In this document: positions 27,130 through 40,359 of the stretch, in pieces
How positions within the stretch are numbered: position 1 is the first letter of the stretch
Layout: each line of letters starts with the position of its first letter
Source of the DNA: the human T2T-CHM13v2.0 reference genome, Homo sapiens
Reading direction: 5' to 3' (one strand)
Assembly: GCF_009914755.1 (NCBI RefSeq)
Contig: NC_060933.1
Length of the DNA: 64,000 bases
Translations under genes and position numbers: made by a program
The notes under the pieces: model-generated
What the model saw: only the letters and a program-made list of their open reading frames with translations
Told to the model about the DNA's origin: nothing
The model's database searches: none

Positions 27130-27670
27130 CAACTGTTAGTAAATACATATTTGTTGAGTGCCTATTAGGGGCCAGGCACTGTTTTGAGTGCTAGGGATAC
27201 AGCAGTCAACAAGATACCCTCATTCATGACCCTTCCAAGGTAACAGAAGGCTACATGTAGTTCATCAAATAAAATAAAAATATGTCAGGTGGTGGTAAGT
27301 GCAATGAAGGACAACATACAGAGTAATGGGACAGAGAGTGGGGGGAAGGTTGCTTTTGTAGGTAGAGCTATCAGAGAAGGCTCTTTGATGAGGTAATCTT
27401 TTAGCACATATCTGAATGGAATGGCGGGTGAGCTATGAAGATATCTGGTATGAAGCTGTCATAGGCAGAGAGAGAAAAATATAGATGCCTGGAAAATGAA
27501 CGATGTTTCTCACTTTTGAGGAATAGCAAACGAGGCTGGCGAAAAGGTGGTGAGGAAATGAGATCCAACCTGTTGTAGGGCTCTGGGCCATGTGGGGTCC
27601 TGTTCATTGAGTAAGAACTTTGGAGTGTGCTCTCAATGCAGTAGGAAGCCGCTGGAAGGCTGTTGGTGAA
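27130..27670 (-). mobile_element. L2 (L2a-like) fragment
   Basis: atttgttgagtgcctattaggggccaggcactgttttgagtgctagggatacagcagtcaacaaga. Confidence 0.78.
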
Positions 27671-27719
27671 CCAAGCATTACAGCCACGTGAGCGATTCTA
27701 AATCTCCTGGGAAATCTAA

Positions 27720-28040
27720 GTTCTGTCCTACTGCAGGGCTTTTACCCATGCTGTGCCCTCTGCCAAGAATGTCTTTCCCCCACTCTTTACTGGGCCATTG
27801 CCTACTCCCCTTAGGGAAGTGTCTTTACTTCCCTTTTGTAGCACTTACCAAAAGGAACATTACACAATCATATGCATAACTTTCATTTCTCACTGTTTCT
27901 TCCACTAGATAGGGAGCTCCGTGAGGTAAGACAGTGTGGCTGTCCTCTTTATGCCTGTATCTTCAGTATCCAGTACAGGGTCTGATTTTTAAGAGGTGCT
28001 CAATAAATATTTATCAAATTAATGTGAAAATAAATGAAAG
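27720..28040 (+). mobile_element. L2 3' end
   Basis: ccactagatagggagctccgtgagg...ggtgctcaataaatatttat. Confidence 0.72.
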
Positions 28041-31000
28041 ATAAAGATGAAAAGTCAAGTTGGAGCCTCTAACCCTGCAGTAGAGAAGCAACTCTGGCCT
28101 GCAGATCATAGAATGGCCACATGGAAAGCATATTAAGGGTGCAGTTCAGGGTACGATTCTGCCCAGCCCCTAATAACCATGGGCAAGAGAAATGGAAAGG
28201 AATTGAGACTGGAGGCAGAAAGAATAGAAAGCAATGTTTAAAGCTGTTTGATAGACTTCCTTTCCTGTGCAAAATTTTCATATTTGGGAGAAATGTATGT
28301 GTTATAGAGGATTTCATGAATTTAGGGATTTACCAAGGTCTGAGTAATGCTGCAGTGTATGGTGATAACAGTCAATGATTGCTAGTAGTATGATCAAACA
28401 ACAACAAGAAGTACCAAGTAGCAGAGATTATACTATACAAGAGTCAGGAGATCTGAGTTTGTTCATCCATTTATTAATTTATTCAATCATTATTCATGCA
28501 ACAAAATTGATTACTGACCACATGGTAGGGGCCAGGCCCTATGATAGGCACTGGATTTAGGTTCTGTTTGTTACCTACTAAGCATGCAAACTTGGGCAAG
28601 GCATTTAACATCTCTGTACAAGGAGGAAAAGAATCATTTATAAGGGAGTGGTCTTCCCCATTAAAGGAAAAGACAAAGCCCTCCATACTTTGTTCAGAGA
28701 TCTGGGTTTCCAGATGGAGAGGTATGATGAGTAAAAGGCCTAAATTCTGTCTCCTTGAGTTTCCTTTTCCTCATAGAGTTCTAACTTGGATTCCTCTGGC
28801 ACACCCAAAGAGTCTGGAATGGTTTCTATCATCTCCTTCGTGGCCTAGTAAAATCCCTACTTGTCCCCCAGGGCCCACATTAAATGTCTGAGCTCTTGAA
28901 ACCTTCATTGGCTCTCTATTCCCTTAGCAAAATAAATCCCTCCCATCTGCCCCACTTTGAATGCTCAGCTCATCAATTTGTTGTGCAGCTGACTTCTCCA
29001 TGTGATTGGAAGGTGGGTTCTTCTGAGAAGCATGTTTTCTTCCCTCTGTCTCTCCAGCCTTTGGCTAAGTGTCTGGCCCAGAATATATTGTCTGTAGTTA
29101 AATGGATAAAAAGTCACCAGTCCAGCAGAATAGCTGATAAGTGACACAATGGTGGAAGGAAGTCTGAACAGACTTACTATGACTCAGAAAAAGACACCTC
29201 TCAACTAAGCTAGCTAAGAATATCAGTAACTACTCACTGAGGGACACTGAGAGACCAGGGGGCCTCGGGGGTGGGAGGTAGGGGGTTGAGTTAATGGAAC
29301 TTGCTTGTAGAAGACAGAAGGGTGGTCAATTATTTATTTTCCTTAATAAAATTATATTACACCCCATATCTTTGTAAGTTAGAGGTAGATGATGGCTTAC
29401 TGAACTGTCTGTGCAGAGATGTGCCCAGGTCTTCAGATGGAAGTTTGAGCCTCAAATGACACACCCTTGAGGCCTATTGTGCCTTGGGCATCTCTAGCTC
29501 AGGGATGCTAATACTTTTTCTAATAGAATGTTAATAATTAAGGAACAAAGACATCCATCCTAAGTAGTGTGGTTGTTCCAGATATAGCAAAACTATGTAT
29601 CTTGCTATATTGCTTTTGCTTTGTTTTTTTCTTTAATAAACCTTTGTTTGTTGAGTATGTACTATGCTGGTGCAGGCATTGTACTAAATGTTTTGCATGT
29701 ATTGTATAATTTAAAACAAATGTAGCAAAATGGGGGGGAGCTGTTTTTATATTCCCCCTTGGAACACCTCTTGGGAAGAAAGCAAGTACAATTGCAAGCA
29801 ATATTTTGATAGAGAATTTGAAGTGAGAGATGAGACCCCAAAAATCATAGTGAAGTAACATCAGATGACTGCTAAAAAAAATTTTCTGATAGACAAGTGG
29901 ATGCCCATTTAATGGCAAGGCTTCTGAACTGCTGAGCAGCAACATGACCATGGGCTGTGCAATGGTGTGGAAGTTTGGAGCAGGACTGAATTGTTCATAA
30001 ATAATAGAAGAGAAGCTGAGGACAGCTTTCAGGAGGGATATTGGGGATTGTGAAAGTCCCACTGTAGGACATGTGATAAAACATTCTCCATCTCCCCTAG
30101 GAAATCACCGGAAAACTCTTTCTTATTCCCTAATGCTCTTGGGAGATGAAGATTTTTTGGCAAGATAGAAAGAAAATCTGAGGTCAGCAAAGTCAGCAGA
30201 CATAGGAGACAGCCATAAATCTGGGTGACATTTAATTCACAACCCAAGGAGGCAAAAGATATTACCCTAATTTTACAGGTAAGGAAATCAAGGCTTGGAC
30301 AAGTCTGTTGTCCAAAACACACAGCTGGAGTGGCTGGACAGCCATTCGAACAGGTTTGCTTGTTTCCAAAGACTATAATTTTAACCCTAGAAGGTACTTC
30401 CCTCTACGATTCTATGACTGCTTCCTACTTATTAAAAGTTCAATAAGTTTGATGATGTCTTTGCCTAATTTTATTTTAAGCCACATTAATAACAGAAAAC
30501 ATCATTGTACATAGCATGGAAAGAAGGAGTGCTTCTAGCCATGGGGTATAAATAGCTAACTGATCTCCTGTCTTCAAAAAGGGACCAGAAGTGAAACTTC
30601 AGCAGGAGGAGTGACTGCACGTGAGGGAAGAGAGCAGCCTCTTTGCACACATGGGCACACACTGCCGAAAATGAGATTTGAGTTGTTGCTGCCATAATCT
30701 CCACAAACGCCCACCACAGAATGACATCACTGCCAAAGCCCAATTAGTTCAGAGAAGACCCTGGCACTGGATGATATTCCTTCAAGATGGCATGAAATTC
30801 CAAATATAAATTGGGTCCGCACTGGGCGATGATTCAAGAAATCGTATTGGCCAGTTCACAGGACTAGAAATCCTTTAGACAGGCTTTGGAAATTGTATCA
30901 TTCCAGATACAGACAGAGGTATAGTTACAACTCAGACCTCTCAATAAACATCTAGAAAAAGAAATGCAGAGGTCCTCTGACAATGATGTGGTTATCATAT

Positions 31001-31504
31001 CACGGATTACACTTACAGAAGATGGAGGAAAAGTTTATCGAGATGCATCGTCTTCCTAAGCTGCCTTATCTTTTCAGGAAAACAACTGTCAAACATTTAA
31101 AATAGTAAGAAATCTCCACATTTGAATTGCTCTCTACAATTTGCTTGCATGTACTTAATTGGATCTTACCTCCACGACAACCCAGTAGGATCAATACAAT
31201 TATTGTTGCTATTTTATAGATGAAAGCCTAAGGTTTAAGAGAGGTACATTTTGAAGGTTACTTGAGGGCAGAGATTTTGTATCCCAATTCTTTATGTCTT
31301 CAGCTTGTTTCCTAGGGCCTGACCTGTCACAGGATGCTACAAATGCCAACTCAATTGGATGGAATGGAACTGAGTGACCTGCCCAAGCCCAAAGGTCACA
31401 GCAACAGAACTCACAGCCCAGTGTTCCTTCCTACCTGATGTGCTGTCACATCATCAGTCTAATGCTTACCATGCACCTGTTTTGTGTCTGGGCATGTGAA
31501 AAAC

Positions 31505-32310
31505 ACTGGAAATCCAGGTGGGCTTCATGTAATCATGCAGATCCATGGAAGAGGGAGGTGGAAGAGAGAGCCAGAGAGACAATAGTGTGAGGAGGGGTTG
31601 GCTCATCATTGCTAGTTTTGAAACTGGAGGAAGGAGCCATGAGCCAAAGAATGCAGGCAGCCTCCAGAAAGTTAGAAAAGGCAAGGAAATGGATTTGGCT
31701 TACTGCCTTCGGAAAGGATACCACCCTCAGGCACTTGGACTGTAACCCAGTGGAACCCATTTTGGACTTCTGACCTCCATAACTGTAAGATATTATTGTA
31801 TTGTTTAAGTCAGTGGTCCCCAACCTTTTTGGCACCAGGGACTGGTTTCATGGAAGACAATTTTTCCACAGACCAGAATGTGGGGGGATGGTATGGGGAT
31901 GATTCAAGCACATTACATTTATTGTGCACTCTGTTTCTATTATTATTACATTTAATATATAATGAAATACACACACAACTCATTGTAATGTGACATCAGT
32001 GGGAACCCTGAGCTTGTTTTCCTGCAACTAGACAGTCCCATCTGAGGGTGATGGGAGACAGCAACAGATCATCAGGCATTAGATTCTCATAAGGAGCATG
32101 CAAACTAGATCCCTCACATGTGCAGTTCGCAATAGGGTTAGTGCTCCTATGAGAATCTAATACCACTGCTGATCTGACAGGAGGTGGATCTCAGACTGTA
32201 ATGCTCACCAGCCCACTGCTCACCTCCTGCTGTGGGGACTGGGGGTTGGGGATCCCTGGTGTAAATCACTCAATTTGTGGTACTCTGTTACAGCAGCAAT
32301 AGAAGTAGCA
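31505..32310 (+). mobile_element. MLT1D/E-like LTR interrupted by MER1A
   Basis: gagccaaagaatgcaggcagcctccagaa; LTR end resumes after 32258 (aatttgtggtactctgttacagcagcaatag). Confidence 0.82.
31811..32258 (+). mobile_element. hAT-Charlie MITE (MER1A-like)
   Basis: TIRs cagtggtccccaacc / ggttggggatccctg; internal attagattctcataaggagc; degenerate 8-bp TSD gtttaagt / gtgtaaat. Confidence 0.9.
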
Positions 32311-32439
32311 AAGTATAGGGTAGCAAAGGACTACTATGAGTCAAGAAGCATGATTCCTGCATGGATCAAAAACTGAGGGTTTTCATATCCTTCATTTTGT
32401 GTTTTACTTCCAAACATTTGCACTAAGAAAACAATCAGA

Positions 32440-33690
32440 ATTCTCATGAAGGTTTATATAAGAATTTTCATTTACAACATCAAAAAGTTCAATAACAAGG
32501 GATTAATACTCAGCCACACAACACAGTACTATGTGGCCATTAAAAAACACTTTCTTTGAAAAATATTCAATAGCTTGGGAAAAGCTGATGATCAAGTTTA
32601 AAAAACAGGTTACAAAATAATATATAATTCCAATTTTATAAATGTTGAAAGAAATATATCAGATGTTAATGATGAAATAAAAATTTAAGGTAATTTCTTA
32701 AAAAGGTAATGATGGTTACCTTTGTGGGGAAAGATTATGAGAGTTTCTTTGTTTCCTTATACATTTCCATATCTTTCAGAAATGAGCATGAATTACTTTT
32801 ATAATCAGAAAAAGAAACAATTATGTTAAAAATAAAGCAAGCCCCTCAGGTAACAAGAGCCACAAAATTCATCAAGCCTTTGACTGAATAATCTCATTTA
32901 TGAAAATATATCCTAAGGAAATAAAAGACAAAAAATCTTTTAAGTGAAAAGGTTTTTGCAGCAATGCTACTTACAATCATTTAAAATGGGAAGCAGCCTG
33001 ACTATCCAGCAATTTAATTATGATCAAACAAATTATAATATATTTGCTTGATAGAATATTGTGCAGTCATAAAAATAATTAATACAAAGACTAGAAATAC
33101 AAAAACTACAGAAACGTACAAAGTGAAAAACTGAAGCACAAAATGTAAAATATCTACAATTGTGATTATTCCACTTACGTGTGGATAAAGATAGAAAGAA
33201 GAGATAAAAATTATAAATAGGTGCTATGTCAAAGAAAAGGGATTCCAAGAGTAATTTGTATAAAGTTACTTCAATAGTAAATAGAACAATTTCATACAGA
33301 GATACACCAGCATATAAGTCAAGAAAACTGAGGATGGAAGACTGGTTGGGAGCACTGGAATTACAACAACAGAAGTAGAAGCAATATCTGTGAGAAAGGG
33401 CCCTGGAGACCACCCACACAGGGGCATATATTTTTATTTTTATTTATCAATTGAGCAAATATTTCTTAAGCCCCTTTCCTCACATATGAGTAAAACTGAA
33501 ATGAAAAACAAGAAAATGACAAACACAAAACTTAGCGTTTGGGTTACTTTTGGGGAGCAAGGAGAAGGATTCCATTGACAAGGGAAACACAGAGACTTAC
33601 ATAAGGATTGACAATTTCTTAGTTTTTAAATTGGGTGGTGGGTACATGAATACTCTTTTTATTATTATTCTGATGTATTACAAGTACTTA
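32440..33690 (+). mobile_element. Very old L1 (L1ME-type) 3' fragments
   Basis: tactatgtggccattaaaaa, gaatattgtgcagtcataaaa, aaattgggtggtgggtacatga; A-rich; approximate. Confidence 0.6.
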
Positions 33691-33744
33691 CAACCATGCT
33701 TGGCACATACTGGCTCACCGAAAAAGTTATTTGTAGAATGAATG

Positions 33745-34200
33745 AAGCTTTTCAGTGGCTCCTTAAATAAAACTCTGTCCTTTACTGTGGCATACAAAAC
33801 CCTTCAAGAATTGGCTTCTATCAAACCTATAAATTAACACCAATGACTTCCCACCTAATCTATGGCAATTTCTGTTCATTATTCACCACACACACAGGAC
33901 TCTTTGGTGCCTCTGAGTCTTTGTGTATGCTATTTCTTCTGCCTAGAATGTTTTTCTTCACCAGGAAAACCCTACTCTCAAGGCCAAGTTCACCATAGCT
34001 GCTTTGTGAAACCTTGTTGATCTCCCTAATTTCTTTCTCCTCTGCATTCCCATGGTACTTGCCTTATGTGCTGCATCAGAACCAGTAGTGTGTTAATCTA
34101 TGATAACTCTTACATTGGTGCTATTGCTCACACCATCCTCTCAGCTCCATTATACTTGCAGTAACTGTGAATTAGACTTCTTTAATCCTCTCAACAGATG
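33745..34200 (+). mobile_element. L2 fragment
   Basis: ttcagtggctcc..., ctttgtgtatgctatttcttctgcctagaatg. Confidence 0.6.
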
Positions 34201-36371
34201 CAGAGGCTGTGTCCACAGGTCAGGTCAGATGACTCGCTGCATCCAAGTTGATAATAACAGCATAGGACTTGAATATTGGCCTTCAGATTCATGTGGCCTT
34301 TGAAGGGATGGGGCTGCCAGAGCAAGAAAGGACAGAAAGAGGCTGAGAGGCTAAAACTGAGGTCTCCAGTGATACAGTGAGCATATGTGAGACGAGAAAG
34401 GGCATTTTCATGAGAATTAGGATAGGCCATGAAGGTAAAAATCAGTACAGTTAAGGCATATAAGTTATACTTGTAAAGTAGAAGGTAGAATGGAATAAAA
34501 GGATGAGCACCAAAAAAAGTCAATGAATTCAAGAGAATAAATCCTACCTCTTACCAAGAAGGTCCAATATAGGAGACTAGTTTCTGTGGTCTCTAAAGTA
34601 AGAAACATATCCTATTTTTCTTTCATTTTGAGTTCCTAGAATACAGCCTGGCAACAAAAAGAGACTCAATATGTTGAATTAATGAATGAATGAAAGGATG
34701 TGTTACTAAGAAACACAATTAGTTTTTAGCTTTCTTACAACTATATCGTTTTAGCCACTTAGCCCTATTAGTCCAAGGTGACTGAACATTCATTTCTTTT
34801 GTATTTAATAATTTAGATCCTAAAATACTTTTGGGTTTGCTCAAAGCCCAAACAAAATATTAATTTGTTTGAACCAGTTAACATGTATTTAGGCAGTAAA
34901 CTAGATTTGGAATGTGTTAGACAAGAGACACCTGCTCTATCTTTTGTAATATTCCTGACATTTAAGACATACACAACACCTGATTTGAAATATAAAAAAA
35001 AAAAAAAATCCTCATGCCAAAAAGTCACAGATCCAAAAACCTATACAACATGAAGCTTTGACTTGCCGTGAAGAGGTGGCTCTAATGAAGGTAAGACTAA
35101 TGGAGCAAAAAAGACACTATTGGAAAACTCAAAGGCCCTTGAAACCATCCCATAGAACCCCAATGGCTGCCCACTTTTTAAGTCGATCCTATTATAGAAA
35201 GTCTGTTTTTGGAAGATTGGTCATTAGGCAAATAGGCATTCAGTGAATTTGTTTCCTCAAATTAATTCTTAGAGAACTGACCTTGGGCCATGGCTCTATA
35301 TTGAGACTAGGCACTGTGTGCGGTTTCAAAGCCTGGCCTGTTGAGGCCATCAGTAATTCTTGACTGACCATGGTCCCAGGATATATATCAGGCAAAATAC
35401 AGGTCTACATTCAGATACACTGATAAAAAGACAATGTTTGCAATAAGAATTGACTTAAAGAATGTGCCAAGAGGTGCCAATCATGGAAAGGACTAAGGGT
35501 CTTGCCCCAATTACTTCTCTCTGTGCCCCTTGTATGTTTTATCTTAGCCAGGGAAGGATGTGGACAGCAATTCCCATTAAAGAACCAGGGCTGGATCTCC
35601 CATTTGACAGTTCCCATATGCATTCACTCTGATGGACTTTGCCATCCCCTGACCCAAACCTCATTCATTCATTCAAAAAATATTTATCAAGTGTCTATAC
35701 TCTGTTATAGGAGCTTGGAGATGCACTGGTGAACAAGACAAGCAAGGTCTGAGTTGTTACTAAGCTTACATTCTAGAAGGAGAAAACAGTAAGAAGGAAA
35801 TATCAGTACCTAGAGAGGATGAAGCCCATGCAAGTCTTTGCTTCTGTAGTCCACAAGGTGTTTAGTCTTTATTCCATCATCTGGTGACACTAAACAAACA
35901 CCTGCCATTAAACTAGACCAAACAGCAGACCTATTCAAACTCTCAGCAGTCCCTAGGAGAATTTGATTATAGGAAGTGGACCAGGAAGAATATCTCTATT
36001 TGGTCCAATTTCCAAATAGAAATTCGCAGTGTTTGATGAATAATGAATGTGAATAATTAATGCATCTGAGAAAGAAAAATTTCTTACCTGTCAGTTACTT
36101 ATCTTGGAGATTACACATCCATCACTACTCCCCCGAGGGGCTAGACTCATCTCCATAGAAACTGGGGGCAATCTGAATGTTAATTATGCCTCAATGCCAG
36201 ATTTGCTGCTCAGAATGTGACTCACCAGAAGACCTTCTAGGACTTTGTTCTGAAAAGTAGAGAACTTAATTTATCTGACACATTTTTTAAAGCCCCAAAT
36301 AAAGAAGTATCTTAATAAGCATAAGAAACTATCAAAAGTCTGGCTCTGTGTGTGCGCACATGTAGGAAAGT

Positions 36372-36723
36372 TACTGTGGTCTGAATGTCTGTGTTTCCCC
36401 CCAAATTCATGTGTTGAAACCTAATTCACAATGCAATAGTATTAAGACCTGGGGCTTTTGGGAAGTCATTAGGCCAGGAGGATGGAGTCCTCATGAATGA
36501 GATAGGTGCTCTTACAAAAGAGGCTTGAGGGAGATTGTTCACGCCTTCCACCATGTGAGGATGCAGCCAGAAGGCACTATCTGTGAGCCCTCACCAGTAC
36601 CAAATCTGCTGACACCTTGATTTTGGACTTCCTAACCTCTAGAACTGTGAGCAATAAATTTCTGTTGTTTAAAAATTACTTAGTCTAAAGTATTTTGTTA
36701 CAGCGCTCAAGCAGACTAAGACA
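36372..36723 (+). mobile_element. MaLR solo LTR (MLT1A0-like)
   Basis: tactgtggtctgaatgtctgtgtttccccc...agaactgtgagcaataaatttctgttg...gactaagaca; flanks aaagt / aaagg. Confidence 0.92.
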
Positions 36724-37121
36724 AAAGGATTACACAGAAGCACATGCATCTTTTGGGAAAGAGATTGATGAGAAGAAATTCAGCTTTGATTTATTGGTAA
36801 CATAAGTGCCAGCACCTAGAGAAATGACTAACATATTGTAGATGTTAACTGCATATTACTGTTATTTTTGAATGTTATGTGGAATGTTATTGAATGAACT
36901 ACTAATTCTGTGCTGTGAGGATATAACAATTCTCATTTTTATGGCGACATTGTTCAAATGTCCCTTTTATATACATTCTACAAAATATCCTTTTTATATA
37001 CATGACTTTATTTTTATATACATTATTTTATTTCATTTTATATACATCAAAAATGAGATAATAACATATTATTTGAAATAATAACATAATAATGAAATAG
37101 TAACAACCTAAAATACAGCTA

Positions 37122-37410
37122 CAGGCCCACAATACCTTGTTCATAATTTTTTTCTAAAACTCTGAAAACCAAAAGTTCTGGGAAAACTCATGTAATGACA
37201 AAGCCTCTTCATAGTCTTTGTCCCATTTACTTGACTATGATACATTTTGATGCAGAAATAGTAACGTGTTTCGTTTTGAAGGGCTTCCCAGGTCTTACTT
37301 GGTTTGTTTCAATTTATGCATCATATGCAACATATTACCTTTCTAAAATCTAAAAAATTCTGAATTCCAAAACACATCTATCTGCAAGAATTTTGGTTAG
37401 ACTCACATTG
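37122..37410 (-). mobile_element. Tigger/Zombi-derived MITE (MER46C-like)
   Basis: attacctttctaaaatctaaaaaattctgaattccaaaacacatct matches the reverse of the recalled consensus. Confidence 0.7.
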
Positions 37411-37972
37411 TCATCCCAATTTTATAATTGGGGTCCTTTGGTTCAGAAAAACTAAGCAATTTACTCAAGATCATGGAGCTTTTTGGTTCATGGATTGAAC
37501 CAAAGTTCTCTGATGCAAAATCTTTTTTCTTCTACTATACCAGCACTTCAATTAATCTGCAATTGAGCATTGAGATAATTGTCTGTCTTATGAACATAAA
37601 AGGGCTAACGTTGGTCAGAGACTGTGCAGATTTAGTCATTGCAGTGGAGGCTGAGGAAGAACAAATTGCACAGGGCCTGGGGATGGGGGTGGGGTAGGGA
37701 GGTCTCATGTGGAGAAACCTCTGCTACCTGAAGGAAATGATTTCTAAAACTTAATCTCATTCTCCAGTGCTAAAGTGCGGTACATGAAGTAGGAGCTGAC
37801 CAATGATCATTCTGTAGACATCTTGTGAATAAATTAGACGTAGATGCGACCTAAGATAGTACTATAATGCCACATCTATTTTTTCTAATCATGGGTTTTT
37901 TATTTGAAGTTGAGTGTTACCAGATCTCTTTTGTGGGGAGAGAGTAAGAGACTAAATTATAAGGTTGGCACT

Positions 37973-38320
37973 TGTATCAGTCAGGAAAATATAGGTTATG
38001 CTGTAGTAACAAATAACCCACAAAGCTCTGTGGCTTAAAACAGTAAAGATTTATTTCTTTTTTATGTAACATCCCTATCACAAGAAATTAGGGGAGGCTC
38101 CACTCATTGTAGCCACTCTGGGACTTGGGATGACAATGCAGCCACAATCTCACATATGGTTAGCTACACAACAGAAGGAAAGAGAATCAATAGCTTGCCC
38201 TGGCTCATTAAGGATCTGCCTGAGAGTGATACATTGTCACTTCCACTCAGTACAGTTCATTAGTCAAAATGAGTAATTGAGCCACACCTAACAGCAAGTG
38301 GGCAGGAAATACAAAATTCA
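37973..38320 (-). mobile_element. Old MLT1 LTR (MLT1I/J-like)
   Basis: tgtatcagtcagga...ggttatgctgtagtaacaaataaccc...gtggcttaaaacag. Confidence 0.75.
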
Positions 38321-38859
38321 TGAATACTGAGATTTTCAATAAATTGGTCTGTCCAATAAATATTTCCTTGAGTGTCTGCTAGTGCCCAGCCCTGTTCTAT
38401 GCACTAGAGATTAAAAATTGTGTTAAATGCCATGAAGAGAAAGAAAGCAGGATAAGGGGAATTGAGTGACAGGGCTGGGGAGGGAGAGGAGAAAACAAGG
38501 CCAGGGAAGAATTCTCTAAAGCAGAGACCCAGAAGAAAACAGAAGGAAGAGGCTGGGTAAGGGAGATTCTGCCTTTAAGGCAGAAACAAGACATCATGAA
38601 CCCAAATCTCAGGAAAATCCAGAATGATTCTCAAAATAGAGACAGAGAGGTGAAACATCAACCAGTATGTACTGGTGGGGCTGAAACAGCCCAGCTCCTT
38701 TTCTTCCAGCCTTGTAAGACACGTCCCACTTCCTTCTTTTTCTGACTAAAACAACACATGTGACAGAACACTTCCTTTTTCCCCATGGTTAAGCAGCATG
38801 CAAAGGAGCTTTACTTCAGGAGAGAATGGCAATGGGCAATTGTTTGGTAAACAAATGAT

Positions 38860-39090
38860 CCCCCATTTATTGAGCAAAATCTGTATTTCAGGTGTCTTAG
38901 TTGTTTTACATACTTTATTTCATTGAGTAGGGTTGTTGTAAAAAGGATAAATTATATAGGATTATTATTACCATTTTATAGATGAAAATATATGAAGAGA
39001 GGTAACTAACTTTCTGGGGTGGGGGTGAAACAGATATTTCATGGAAAAGGTAGACTCTGGCTCCCAAGCCTGTGCTCTCAATTACTATGA
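38860..39090 (-). mobile_element. MIR SINE
   Basis: attattaccattttatagatgaaaa...ctggctcccaagcctgtgctct. Confidence 0.65.
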
Positions 39091-39354
39091 AACATAGCAA
39101 ACTGTAGCCTTTTTGAAAGAAAAATTTGAGAAAATCCACATGTTCACCTGAATTGTTTCATAATTTAAAGATAGAATTGCCGCTATCACAGGAAGAAGGA
39201 ACATTATCTAGACCTCTTTGCTAGATTATTCCTTTTCTGGAATAATAATAATTATTACTATAATTAATAATTATTATTTAGTATTATTCCTCTCCTGGAA
39301 TAATAATCAGATTGAATTTATTTGCTTCCCATATTAATTATTTTTATTAATATA

Positions 39355-39436
39355 TTTTCCTAGTATTAATTATTACTTAATAAATGTAAATTTTTGAGAG
39401 TGAGAATGTTTCAAAATGTGGGATCAATGGTAAAAA
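39355..39436. repeat. 82-bp copy of 40856-40937, bracketed by a 27-bp direct repeat (39305-39331, 39435-39461)
   Basis: Direct comparison: 81/82 identical; the 27-mer aatcagattgaatttatttgcttccca is identical in both copies. Confidence 0.95.
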
Positions 39437-39444
39437 TCAGATTG

Positions 39445-39617
39445 AATTTATTTGCTTCCCACCGCTAGAAAGTAAGCTCCACGAGTGTCCACTTTTTTCT
39501 CACTTTTATTCTCATGCCTTCCACCATAGAAAAGCACTTTACATACAATTAGTAATTATAAATGAATGGTTAGAATGAATGAATGAATGAATGAGTGAAT
39601 GAGTGAATGAATGAATA
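39445..39617 (+). mobile_element. L2 3' end with (TGAA)n tail
   Basis: ctagaaagtaagctccacgag and gaatgaatgaatgaatgagtgaat tail. Confidence 0.7.
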
Positions 39618-39647
39618 GGATAATTCAGGAAAAGTTCTCTTACTTGA

Positions 39648-39800
39648 GCAGGAGATCTTAATCTGGGGTACATTAATGGACTTGGGGGTCTCTTTCAATG
39701 CCTTGAAATTACATGCAGTTTTGTGGGGAGAAGAGTGTGTTTGTGCATGTCATCAGATTTTCAAAGAAGGCAATAATCCACAAGAGTTAAAACCACTCTG
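39648..39800. mobile_element. hAT-Charlie type MITE (MER117/Charlie4-like)
   Basis: tcttaatctggggt ... tcatcagattttcaaag ... ttaaaaccact. Confidence 0.5.
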
Positions 39801-40205
39801 TGTGGCATATTCATACAATGGAATATTATTCAGCTCTAAAAAGAAATAAAGTTCTATACATGCTACAACATGGATGAAGGTTGGAAACATTATGCTAAGG
39901 GAAAGAAGTCAGACACAAAAGACCCACATTCTGTATGATTCCACTAATATGAAATGCTCAGAAAAGGAAAATCCATAGACACACAAAGTCAACTGGCGGT
40001 TTGCCAGAGGCTAGAGGGGGAGTAGAGGGTAGAATGAGGAGCAATTGCTTAATAGGTATAGGATTTTATTTGGGGTGACGAAAATATTCTGGAACTAGAT
40101 AGTGGTAATGGTTGCATAACACTGTGACTATATTAATAGCCCTGCATTTTACATCTTAAAATGGTAAGTTTAATGTGAATTTTACCACAAAGTTAATAAT
40201 AATAA
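39800..40205 (+). mobile_element. L1MB-type 3' end
   Basis: catacaatggaatattattcagc...acatgctacaacatggatgaa...tctggaactagatagtggtaatggttgc. Confidence 0.9.
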
Positions 40206-40359
40206 GAAAAAAATTAGTTTATGAATAAAGGAAAGAAGCAGAGTCAAATTATTTCATACATCTAACAGGATGGATGGTGGAATATGAGTCTGAGAAGTTG
40301 TCAGTTACAATCTAATATTCTAATAATATTTGGAATGAGAATATTTACAACACTAGGAG

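Noticed and set aside
29538-30062. 174-aa minus-strand ORF
   Set aside because: Runs through a MIR-like fragment and an A/T run; no protein similarity that I recognise
30950-31020. Minus-strand donor (gtaagt) and acceptor (tttctttttctag) pair
   Set aside because: Implied intron of ~65 nt is too short, and all downstream frames hit early stops
39305-39461. Repeat-spacer-repeat pattern resembling CRISPR
   Set aside because: Only two repeats, primate context, and the spacer is a copy of neighbouring DNA
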